Assembly (NCBI RefSeq): GCF_009914755.1
Contig: NC_060939.1
Source of the DNA: the human T2T-CHM13v2.0 reference genome, Homo sapiens
Direction: 5' to 3' (one strand)
DNA length: 64,000 bases
In this document: positions 24,736 to 37,394 of the stretch, piece by piece
How positions within the stretch are numbered: position 1 is the first letter of the stretch
How the letters are laid out: each line of letters opens with the position of its first letter
Notes under the pieces: generated by a model
Told to the model about the DNA's origin: nothing
Databases searched by the model: none
Seen by the model: the letters and a program-made list of their open reading frames with translations, nothing else
Program-made: the position numbers and the translations under genes

Positions 24736-25299
24736 AGTAGGCAGAGTTAAAGAAGGCCTTTTATGCCACATTACCGAGCAGGATGTGTGACGGCCTCACA
24801 GGCCACAGGCTTTGTGGCTCATCTTCACGGTGAAGTCCTCTGGGCAACTTCAGCCAGGGACTTCCCCATGCAGCCTCCTCCCTTTGTCCATATGCACAGA
24901 TTCTGCATAGTGTAGTCCAGGTACCTAGCCCTGGGAAGTCTTCATCTTTTGATAACTTTTAATCTGCAAAGTATCTCACTATAATTGATAGGCCAGGTTC
25001 CATGCAGCATTCCCCACTGTTGGATTCTCATCAGTTTGCCTCCAGCGTGCCTTTGAGATGCGGTAACAAAGGTATCAGAACATGTGTTGTCTCTCCCCAC
25101 TGCACATTCTCACGGGAGCCATCGCTGGTCCATGTGTGCCCATGGTCTGAAGGCTCATGCTCCCCGCTGTCCTGTTGCTCTCTGTGGAGGCTGTGCCCAC
25201 TCACACGTCATTTGCTCCTCCATCTTTGAATGCTAATGTGTCTCAGCAAGATGATCTCCTTTTAGAACACAGAGCAAAGGTGTTAATACAAATTCCATT

Positions 25300-25650
25300 A
25301 TTGAAATAACATATGTAATAATATATAATATGTAATTAATCCATATGTAATATATTAATATTACATATAATACATAATATGTAATATGTATTATATAATG
25401 TATTGTATATAAATATATTAAAATATATTTGTATATTTTATATATAATACATGTGTATTATGTTATATATATTTTATATACTATTATATATAAAATATGT
25501 TTAAATAATATAATTGTAAATTATTTTATATATATAAAAAACACATATTTCTCATGCTATTATCTGTTTCTTTGGGTTTCTGCCAAAAAATCGTTTTCAT
25601 ATTTATATTATAAATTATAAACATTTTAATATGTATATATTCGTTTTTAT
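25300..25650. repeat. AT-rich degenerate (TA)n low-complexity tract
   Basis: Mostly A/T alternation. Confidence 0.85.
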
Positions 25651-25939
25651 AGTTTTTGTAACTATCTAACTTCCTTACAAACCAGCATGAGCCACAGCTC
25701 TCTCTATTTGCGTCTCACTGCACCACTGCACTGTGGGCAGCACCCGTTCTTATTGTACCCTCAGAACAGTGCGCAGCCTAGCACCTGTAGGAAGGACTCG
25801 ATAGAATTTTCTTGAATGGAAATAGCAGTGTACCCTTCAAGAAAGGGTCACTTTGGAGTTAGGAAAAGGATGAAATGCTCAGAGATAAAGCAGAGGAATG
25901 TGTTGAATGGCCAGTTGACTTTATAATTTTCATTTATTT

Positions 25940-26880
25940 CTTCAACTTGTTTTCACTGAGTGGCTGCAGCATCCCCTGAACTGTGTACTAAGGTCCCAAG
26001 GATAGAAAAGACAAAACAAGCAAGTTCCCAGAACTTAAATTCTCCAGGGAACAGAATGGCATATATGACTGGATGGATGGATCAATGAATGGACAGATGA
26101 TGTATGTAGTGTTATTACAGACAATGGTAGTGCTACAAAAGAAGTGATTGGTACTGCAGTAAAATAATGGGGAATGTAGTTCAGCAAGGAAGTCAGAGAA
26201 GGCTTCTTAGCAGTGGTGAAATTGAAGCAGACACTTGAACTAAAAGGAGGGGGAAGGGAAGCACTGTGGAAGCTCTTCCAGGTGAAGTCAGTGCCAGGGC
26301 ACAGAGGCCAAGGAAGCAGCAGGCTGTGTGTGGGGCACACAGAAGGCTCAGCCTGCAGTGCTGGTTCTGGACAGCCAGGCGCCATCTGAAGCTGCAGAGG
26401 TGGAACAGCGAAGTGAGGCAGGACAGTTGAAGGCTTGGAAAGAAGTTTGGTCTCACTCCAGTGCAGTGGGAAGCTATTGGGTTTCAAGCAAGGTAGGATG
26501 TGACATAATTTACATCTTTTGTTTTGTTTTGTTTTTTTGAGACAGAGTCTCACTGTTGCCCAGTCTGGAGTGCAGTGGTGCGCTCAGCTCACTTCAACCT
26601 CAGCCTCCCAGGTTCAAGCAATTCTCCTACCTCAGCACCCTAGGTAGCGGGCACTACAGGTGCCCACCACCACACCCGGCTAATTTTTGTATTTTTAGTA
26701 GAGACGGGGTTTCACCATGTTGGCCAGCCTGGTCTGAAACTCCTGAACTCAGGTGATCCGCCTGCCTCGGCCTCCCAAAGTGCTGGGATTATAGGCGTGA
26801 GCCACCACGCCTGGCCAATTTACATCTTTTAAAGATTCTTGTGGCTGTGTTGAGAAGAAATTGGAGAAAGCGGCAGACTG
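25940..26880 (-). mobile_element. L2 fragment, interrupted by AluS
   Basis: aggaagtcagagaaggcttcttag; gggaagctattgggtttcaagcaagg; ttttaaagattcttgtggctgtgttgaga. Confidence 0.6.
26521..26816 (-). mobile_element. AluSx-like SINE
   Basis: Antisense Alu; TSD aatttacatctttt at 26507-26520 and 26817-26830. Confidence 0.95.
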
Positions 26881-27069
26881 TGGTTTGCTCATGTTAGTAA
26901 AAATACTTAAACTAAATGAACTGATCAATAGCACACCAGCAAATGTCCAGCTGAATGCCACTAATGCTGTTTTTCAAAAATGTGTGCTGACAGAAGTTGG
27001 AAAAGTCCTTCACAAGCTTATTAGCTTTGCATAAGGGCTGTTTTATGGCCCATAGATTTTTGCGGCTCA

Positions 27070-28550
<1,481 letters not shown>

Positions 28551-30269
28551 GGACATAAATACTCTCTCAAATACTCCACAATGTTTTTTTTTGTCAAATA
28601 TGACCTCTATAAAGCCACATGCAACAGAATGTCAGAATTGAAGTTTGACAGCAATATGGAAGTGTAACAGATGACACATCTAAAATGAGATGCCAGGCCA
28701 GAAGCCCCAGTTAGGAAGGAATGAGCTAGGATCATTTCCCTCATTTTTGAACACCTTGAACTGATCAAGAATATAAAGAAGGAATCAGATGTAGGGAGGA
28801 GAAAGGATTCTGTGAAGAGAAATTTTTGAAAAAGCTGTTAGAATGCCACTGTCAACTCAATGTCCTTCTGTTTCTGGGGCTTGGGGAAGGTGACCTACCC
28901 CTCACCTGGAGCCTTTAGGCTGAGGATCAAGAGAGTGTTGAAGATAAAGGTGCCAATGCTTGGATCTGGGCATCTCATGAGTGAGGAAAGGGACCAGGAT
29001 GCATTCCTTACGGTTGTCAGAGTGCGTGAGGACCATTATGGCCCCCGGATGGGCCGTGCCTGTGGGAGCTGGCAGGGGTGGTGTTGGGCCCTGTCACTGG
29101 GGCAGCGTGGAAGGAGAGAGGGACCCGAGTAGCAAGAAGCTAGAGGAGGACTTCAGATGCCTAGTACGCTGACACTGCAGAAAGTGACTGTTAAGAGGAG
29201 GCGTGCAGCTGCCTGCGGTAGGAATGCTGCACGTGAGTGACCCCACCGTGGAAATCTCCAAAGAGGCTCCCAGGAGAGCAGCTGAGCCTCCTCCGGTGGC
29301 CAGACCCCAAGCCCGAGACAGGACACGAAGCAGTCCCTTCAGTCCAAAATGCTCCTTCCCCCACCTCCACACCACTACCCCAGAGCAGTTAGCAGAAGAC
29401 AGATGCCAGGCACAGCACCTTCCCCAGGAAGGACCCTTTGGAATTCTCTCAACTAAATGCATTTTAAAGGGGCCAGAAAGAGATTTAAAACAATAAGTAA
29501 ATAAGTTGCATTTTGATTACATCCCCAAAGTCCTGCTCTTTCAGTTTCCCTTTGAGCAGTTAACTACTGACCCTCTGCACCGCCCTAAGCAGAGGTAGCT
29601 GATCACTCAGGAGGGTCACTCTTGTGTGAGGGGAAGCCTCCCACTAGCCCAGAAGTGCTCTGGGCCATAGTTGAGCTTTCATATTGCTGCACCATGTAGA
29701 CGCTCAAGTGAGACAGAAACACAAAAACACAATAACCGCCGTCTGCCAAGGAAGCAGGAAAAATCACCTTTCAGGCCATTGTCCTGGTAAGTGGCCATGG
29801 CCTTCCAGCCACTCAGCATTTATACATAGGGAAAGCCACTTTAAGTAATGCAGTTGATGTATCTTAATCTGAGATGACACAAACATCAAAGGCATTTCTT
29901 CTCCTTGATTTCCAATAATCTCAAATATGCATTCTTTTCATATGTTCTTTGAACCTCAGTATAAAACATGGAATCAACTCTCTAACTTAAAAGCAGTGCA
30001 GTTTTGCAAAGTATCTTGCTCTAAGAGATGTTAGGGAGGTGATGCCTTTGTCATTCCTGGTTTGTATTTTTCCATTTTCCAAAAACTCTGTAGGTATTAC
30101 AGATATCATTGCATAATTTAGAATTTAATCCTCCTGGAGAGTCAGGTGTCTTCAAGGTGATTTATAGCAAGTGAAGCTTGCAGAATTCTGGAGAGTGGTG
30201 ATATAAAGTAAGGTAAGGCAAGAGAGAGGGAGAAAGAAAGGAAGGAAAACATGTTTTATGTGGGCTTCC

Positions 30270-30746
30270 AGTTATGGAAGTGTAAACTGCATCCTGGGAG
30301 ACAGAACAGAACTGGGAAAAGAATATGACAAATACAGATTCATTGATCACCATGAGTGTGCCCTGATTTTGTAATAGAAATAAGGAATAAAAATGTTATC
30401 GGTTACAGCCTTTAAGTGATAGGATTCTAGATCATTGTTATTTTCATCTTTGTTTCTTATGTGTTTTCTGAACTTTCCCTAATAGACATCTGTCAGTTTT
30501 GTAACCAGAAAAACATACATATTAAATGAGCACAAAGGTGTTGAAGACTTCAACTCTATTTGCTATTCACCATAGAAAGGGTTTTGTTTTTTTTTTCCTA
30601 GTCAGGCCACAATCAATTCAGCTGAATGAACATGAACCGAAATACACACCTGCACGTGCTCCTCAGGTGAGTGTTCTGAAGGACAGGCACCCACCACTGG
30701 GCCACCGGGACTTGAATTTCACCCAGCCGCACGGCCATGGGAATAC
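30270..30746 (+). repeat. Left arm of a ~470-bp inverted duplication
   Basis: Reverse complement of 31202-31663, about 90% identical by hand alignment. Confidence 0.95.
30602..30666 (+). other. Candidate 65-nt non-coding exon inside the inverted-repeat arm
   Basis: ttttgttttttttttcctAG acceptor (AG at 30600-30601) and consensus CAG|GTGAGT donor (30667-30672). Confidence 0.35.
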
Positions 30747-30884
30747 TTGGGAGGACAAGGTAGCTGGGCAGTTAGAAAGAAAGACTCCCCTACCCCAAGT
30801 TTGTGGCCTGGGGGCCCCAGATGCTTGGCTATTGCAGGAGGTAAAGCTGTAGAAATTGACTGGGACTGCTTCTATGGACAGCAA

Positions 30885-31062
30885 AGGGAGAAACAGCAAT
30901 ACAATAATAGTGGATTTCAGTATTCCACTTTCAATAATGGATAGCTCTTCCAGACAGAAAATCAAAAAGGAAGCGTGGGTGTGAACAGCAGTGTAGGCCA
31001 AGTGGACCTAACAGACATTCACAGATCATTCCACCCGGCAGCAGAAGAACACACATTCTTCT
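30885..31062 (+). mobile_element. L1M ORF2 endonuclease-region fragment in the inverted-repeat spacer
   Basis: ccactttcaataatggatagctcttccagacagaaaatcaa; gacctaacagacattcacagatcattccaccc. Confidence 0.75.
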
Positions 31063-31201
31063 TATTTCTTACTGCCCAGCTGTTGGCCTTGTCCTCCCAG
31101 GTCTCCCTCTGGTGCCCCCTGCCCTGAGATCTTGCTGTCCCCCTCTGCACCTCTATGCAGGGCTGGAGGCCATTCTGGATGTCTGAGAACTTTTCTGGCA
31201 G

Positions 31202-31663
31202 GTATTCCCATGGCCGTGCGGCTGGGTGAAATTCATGTCCTGGTGGCCCAGTGGTGGGTGCCTGTCCTTCAGAACACTCACCCCAGGAGCACGTGCAGGT
31301 GTGCGTTTCAGTTCATGTTCATTCAACTGAATTGATTGTGGCCTGACTAGAAAAAGCCCTTTCTGTGATAAATAGCAAATGGAGTTGAAGGCTTCAGTGC
31401 CTTTGTGTTTGTTTAATATCTACGTTTTTCTGATTACAAAAAAGACAGATGTCTATTAGGGAAAGTGCAGAAAACACATAAGAAACAAAGACAAAAGTGA
31501 CAATTAGAATCCTACCACTCATGGCTGTGACTGATAACATTTTTATTCCTTATTTCTATTACAAAATCAGTGCACACTCGTGGTGACCAGTGACTCTGTA
31601 TTTGTCGTATTCTTTTCCCACTTCTGTTCTATCTCCCAGGATGCAGTTTATACTTCCATAACT
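31202..31663 (-). repeat. Right arm of a ~470-bp inverted duplication
   Basis: Reverse complement of 30270-30746. Confidence 0.95.
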
Positions 31664-33199
31664 TTTTCTGTACTTACACAAACATGACTATTTATAGGGT
31701 TTTATTTTGTTTTGTTTGTTTTGTCTTAACAAAAGGACTTAGACCATATATTCCTCTGCAACTTGTTTTCTTTAGTTAACAATAAACTATGGAAGCATTC
31801 CCAGATACACACACACTTATGTGTGTGTATAATATATGTGTGTGTATATATATATATACACATATATTTGCATATACACACATACAAAAACATTTTTTAA
31901 GGCAGCTGCACAGTCCTCTTTCATGGGCAGCAGGCCTGCATATAGAACCACCACACACAGATATGCAAAGCAAATGGAGCTTTATTTTCCTCTAACTGAT
32001 GTGTCCTCCTGTGCTCTGTGTTCTGTCTCTTCCCGCCCTCAGCCTTTCCATCAGTGTCATCCCATGCTCTGCGGCTGTAAATCCTCTTTGGTGAATGCCC
32101 GGTTCTTCAGGACCCCATCTCCTCCTGGTTCCCTGGCCACATCATCTGTTGTGCAAATGTAAAACTCTTGGGAGTGAGGGGGCACTTTAGTAAGGACACT
32201 GGAGCCACAAGTGTATCCGGGGATCTCATAGCTGTCCCTATGCAGGTTCCCAGGTGCCCCACGTGTGTGCAGGCTGGTGTCCAGAGAATGCTGCTGGGTT
32301 TGTCCACACCTGTGGTGCCCCGCTGGCACCTTTGTGGACGTCTGTATCTCATGGAGCTCCTGCCCTTTCCTGTGAGTGCTCATGCCCCTGGGTCCCTCAG
32401 CTCTCTGCTTCTGAGTCTGCCAGTCCTGCTTTTCCAGCCCTGAGTCTTGGGGATTCATCCTGTGGTCCTAGGCCATAGCATCCTTGCTCTAGCAGGCATA
32501 GCTAGGAGGTCTGGCCTGTTCAGCCCTCTGCAGGAGCGCACACAGCTCTTCCTGGGCATGACCTGGGAGTGGCCTGTGTTCTCTCTCCCTCTCTGTCCTG
32601 CAAGTCTTTTGCATTACCGTGTATGCTGTGGCATTCCGCTCGGATTCTGTCTAGTCTCCTCCCACAATCCCAAAGAGGAGCAGAGTGTAATCTACTCCTC
32701 GACTGCTGTCACTTTCGCATCTTCTCTGACATTCCCCTCCACTGGGGCCTTGGGCCCAGAAACAGCCCAGGCCACCTGTATCTCTCACTGCCTCCTTCCC
32801 CAGCTTCCTCCCCGTCAGAGTCCCTTGAAGTGGGGCTTTCCATTTCTTAGTCATCGAGTCTTGAAGTCCCCTTGTCCGTGACAGATAGTAAAATTCTCTG
32901 TCTGGGTCTCCCTCAAAAGACCCTTGAAATGCTAATGGAGCTATTGGAATTTAGAAAATTGGTTAATTGCTTCCTTTTCCTCCAATAAACCTGGATTTCT
33001 AGAGGATATTCTTGCTAAGGAGGTTAAGAAAAGTCAGCACTAAGGCTCAGGGCTGATCAGTGGCCTCTTTGATTCTGAATATAAATCAGTCTTAAAGAGG
33101 AGGGCTGCAAAGGAAACATGACTTAAGGAAGAAAGATATGACAGTGCGAAAGTGTATGCTCATTACAATATAGTGCGGCTGCGTCCAAATTCCTCCCGC

Positions 33200-34410
33200 C
33201 TCTCCCCTATGGATGGTGGTCACGCTTTTGCCATCCCAAATAATGCTGAGGAGGGGAAAGCCTCTTACACATGTCTTCTTCTTTATTAAAACTCTTAATT
33301 TCTGTGGAATAAAATCCTAACACTGTGATGCAAAGGGCATGTGCAATTTAACTTTTTAAATCTGCTGATTCATCTTTTTTCGATTCATGCTCTCACCATT
33401 AATGTATGAAGTGCTGTTTCCCCACATCTTTACCACCACCGGATGTTAGAAACTCTTTTTAAGTTTTACAGTCTCATTGGATTAAAAAGCAAAAGTGTCT
33501 TGTGTCATCTCACATTTGCTTGACTGCTTGTGCGGGGCAGGTGGTGTGTGCTTTCACAGGCTGTCAGCTGTCCCCAGCGTCTCTTTTACAGAAGTGGCTC
33601 CTGCCCATTGTCTCCTAAGGCTGTTCTCCCTTTTAATTCTCTATGGTGCAGGCTCTTTATATATTAGGAACTCTAACTTTTGGTCAGATGGGTTGGGAGT
33701 TTCTCCCAATCTCTTTTTTACTTTGTATATATTATATTTATGTTTTACCATAGGAATTCATACCAAAAGCAAGAAGTATGACAAGTATGACTTTTTATTA
33801 AAGGACTTAAAAATCTAGATAAATGAAGAATTATACTGTACTCCTGGATGGGGAAGCTGAATTTGAAGCCATCAGTTATTTTGAAATTAACATGTATTTG
33901 TAATGCAATTTTGGTCAGTACTCTAGGTTTTTGTTTTAACTGAGCCCAAGCTGTCCAGCAATGTCAGCAAGAAATTCTTCAAGAAGAATAGTAAGAGGGG
34001 TCTTGTGTCATCTATAAAGGTGTCACATAGCTACACTCATCAAAAAATATAGTATTGGTGCCAAAAATGAAAAAAATTAAAATCACTGAAAGAAGAGATT
34101 TTGCAAACAGATCAAAGTATAGATATATTTTAACTCACTTGGAAAAGATGGCATATTTAATAAGTATCTTGTTGTAATCAATGATGTTGGAAGGGAATAA
34201 AATTGGATGCCAACACTGAGGCACGCACATGAATAAATTCCAGATGGGTTTTGAACCTAAATGTAGAGCAAAAAAATCCAATTATGTAAATAGTAGGAAA
34301 AAGAGTAGAATGTGATCCATATAATCTCAATTGAGAGAGGTCTTCTTAAATAATGCAGGAAACCCAGAATGATAAAGAAATAGAGTGGCAGATATGGCTA
34401 TATGAAAACA
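33200..34410. mobile_element. Degenerate L1M fragments (antisense about 33200-33740, sense about 33760-34410)
   Basis: ctctttatatattaggaactctaac (antisense); aaggacttaaaaatctagataaatgaaga and aataaattccagatgg (sense). Confidence 0.5.
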
Positions 34411-34942
34411 GTTTAGCATCTTTTCCTTTAGTCTTTTACATATGCAGTTTTACATTCTTGAGGTTTTTTAATATATATGGTTTTCTCTTGATTTTTTTCA
34501 CTTCCTAAGTGTTTCCCCAAGAAATATAAAACTTCAAAAATGTAATTTCAGTATCTATGTTCCAGTTTATACATGTGCTGTCATTTAATTAGAACTTACC
34601 ATTTTTAAACACAAGCCACAGTTCTTTGAAATTATATTTCAAAAGTAGAAAACACATTCCATAATATCTTGAATAGATCTGAATAGAATCTTGACATGCA
34701 AGACACATGGCATACCGTGGTAGCAACTCTCAGGATAAGACAAGTGTGCACTACATGGTAAACTAGACCTGGTGCTCATACATAGAATCCAAGGAGAAAC
34801 AATGTTTAATAAGTTATTAGCATCATTTCATATAAATTGGGAAGAAAATTATTGGACCCTTTCCTCATCCCATGTATACGGACAAATAGAAGATAGAGGC
34901 AACAGAGATACCTCAGGGACCAGGCGCTGATTGCAGATGTGT

Positions 34943-35275
34943 GGCAGAAGTACTGTGTGAAATCCACGGCGCATCCAGGGGGCTTTTCTTTGATCACACC
35001 CTGAGAATTTTCGTAAACTAAACACTGTTTGGGAGTTTTAAGAGGAGGAAAAGAACTTTGCTTCTGCAAATTATGGCAGTCATGTCAATGTTACCGAATA
35101 TTCCGGGACAGATTTCCAGAAGAAAAGAGTGCATCTTGTGAACCGTCAGCTTGCAGTGGCCTTGGCTAGAAGTCAGCATAGGGTCTGACTTCATTTACTT
35201 TCTGGGTAATGTTTTTGAGGGGGAACACCGGGGACATTATACATCTGAATTTTTGGAGTACGTTTGATTAAAGAG
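34943..35275 (+). repeat. Copy 1 (probable source) of a 333-bp direct duplication
   Basis: Gap-free alignment to 36717-37049 at offset 1774, 25 substitutions. Confidence 0.95.
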
Positions 35276-35465
35276 GTAGCATAGTGTAATTGTGAAAAAA
35301 AGTTTATTTGGAATTAGAAGAGTTGAGTTCAAATCTCTAAACCCTCACTTACCTGTTATTCTCTTTAGAGAAGTCACTTCACTTTCAAGACCAGATTTTC
35401 CATTTGTAAAATGAAAGTTTGGGATCTAAGTGACTTCAAAAGTCCCTTCAAGCTATAACACTCTG
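35275..35465 (+). mobile_element. MIR3/MIRc-like SINE
   Basis: ttggaattagaagagttgagttcaaatc...ttttccatttgtaaaatg...aaaagtcccttcaagct. Confidence 0.65.
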
Positions 35466-35682
35466 CTCTTGTAAATTCCTCATGACAGTCCTATGGTAAA
35501 GATGGGAAAAGTGTAGCCTGAATGTCATTTTAATGAGATAGGAGTCACCATTGTCAATGACTATATACAGAGAACACATTTGTCTGTCAGTCCTTTAGTT
35601 AAGCCTAGAAAGGGGTCTCTGGCAGACTGCTGTGAGGCTGTGTCTTCCTTCCCATCTAGCCATTTTCTAAATGCTGTAGAAT

Positions 35683-35877
35683 AAGGGTTAGCAAAGTTTT
35701 TCATGAAGGATCAACAGTAAATATTGCAAGTTTTGCAGGCTCTATGGTCTCTGTTTACAACCAGCCAACTCAGCCAATAGACATTACATAAATGAACAGT
35801 TGTGCTTGTGTTCCAGTAAAACTTAATTTATAAAAAACAGGCAGCTGATGGGCAGGCTGAGGTGCCCTGACACCTAC
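35683..35877. mobile_element. MER58A-like hAT-Charlie MITE
   Basis: agggttagcaaagttttt...tgtgcttgtgttccagtaaaacttaatttataaaaaacaggcag. Confidence 0.75.
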
Positions 35878-36582
35878 TCTTGCACAGTGAGAACATTCGT
35901 GGCCCACAGATCAAATTGTCATTTATTTGGTTAAGTTTTATTCAGCACTAAGTCGTAGGGTTGCAAATATGCATGTGTCAGTTCTTGATCTCCAGGAACT
36001 TCCCAGTGAGGAGATAGCAGGTGAATGAGATGGGATGCTCCTTAAGATAGTGAGGTCCCTGGGGTGTGGATCCGGTCCTGTGAGTACGCAGAGCTGTGAG
36101 TGTGTGATTCTGCCTGGAGGTTAGGCCGGGCAACTAGAGCCAAAAGGAGTCCAGATGGCTTGTCCTAGGCAGGAGTTGTGGTGCACTGAATCTAACAAGA
36201 TGAAAGTCAGTACTGACGGAAATGGGACAGTGAGTATAGACTACAAGATAAAAGCAAAGAAGCAAATAAAAAACAGCTGTTCAAGTGGGAAGCAAAAGCT
36301 GTCACTTAACCAGCAACTTCATGTGAGTTTCTGCAGCTGCAGGAAACTAGAACAGGATAAATGGGTCCCAACTCATCAGGGCCTTGAGCTTCTCCATCCT
36401 GTGGGCCGATCGTGTCTGAAAGGTTGTCTTCATTTCTTGGCCAGTGCAAGGAAGGGCTAGAGGGAAGTAATTTCCTGACACTAGGCTGACTGTGATGGAA
36501 AAGGAAAGAGTAAGTACCGGGTATTCTGCTAATTCTCACATCAACCCTGTGAGCCAGGGATTACATTATATCCATTATAGAG

Positions 36583-36716
36583 CAGCACTTCTCAAATTTT
36601 GCTGTGTGTAAGCATCTCTGGCGATACAGTTGAAATGTGGGTTCTGGTTCAGTAGGTCTGAGTGGGGCCTGAGAACGTTAATTTCTGATGAGCACCAGCA
36701 GATGCCAACACAGCTG
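36583..36716. mobile_element. MER5-type hAT MITE, interrupted near its end
   Basis: cagcacttctcaaattt...ttctggttcagtaggtctgagtggggcctgaga; likely terminal remnant tgtgaacagcaagg at about 37072-37085. Confidence 0.7.
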
Positions 36717-37049
36717 GGCAAAAGTACTGTATGAAATCCACGGCGTATCCAGGGGGGTTTTCTTTGATCACACCCTGAGAATTTTCATAAAATAAACACT
36801 GTTTAGGAGTTTTAAGAGGAAGAATAGAACTTTGCTTCTGCAAATTATGGCAGTCATGTCAATGTTACAGAATATTCCAGGACAGATCTCCAGAAGAAAA
36901 GAGTGCATCTTGTGAACCGTCAGCTTGCAATGGCCTTGGCTAGAAGTCAGCATAGTGTCTGACTTCATTTTCTTTCTGGACAATGTTTTTGAGGGGGAAC
37001 ACTGGGGACATTATATGTCTGAATTTTCACAGTACCTTTAATTAAAGAG
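36717..37049 (+). repeat. Copy 2 (probably derived) of the 333-bp direct duplication
   Basis: About 92.5% identical to 34943-35275; lies within MER5/MIR. Confidence 0.95.
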
Positions 37050-37394
37050 ATATCTTTAATTAAAGTAGCTCTGTGAACAGCAAGGAAGTGGATGAGGAAA
37101 CAGAAATTGGCAGAGTCCATGATTTGTCCAGATTAAACTGCCATGAGTGACTGTAACAAAAATTCAGAACTTACGTAACTCAAATAGGTATATTTGAGAA
37201 ATAGGTCGGCACAGGTCAAGATGTGAAAGCCCAATAAAGCTAGGCAGAGACTTGGTAAGATAAAAAAAAAAAGTGCCTCAAAATGTTCAGTGACAGTAGT
37301 GCCCTGATACAGGCAGTACTTAAGGAAAAATCAGTATTTAAGGAAGAGCTGTAAAGGGTCTCCAGGAGTGGGCAAAGTATGTTTTTAATTAAAC

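Larger units (their letters stand above)
36520..37180 (-). mobile_element. MIR split by MER5 and the duplicated segment
   Basis: aattctcacatcaaccctgtgag...ccattataga upstream and gatgaggaaacaga...tgatttgtccaga downstream are consecutive MIR parts. Confidence 0.6.

Noticed and set aside
30270-31663. Possible excess of plus-strand G-U-compatible mismatches between the arms
   Set aside because: The hand count of about 19 versus 12 is not a convincing departure from parity.
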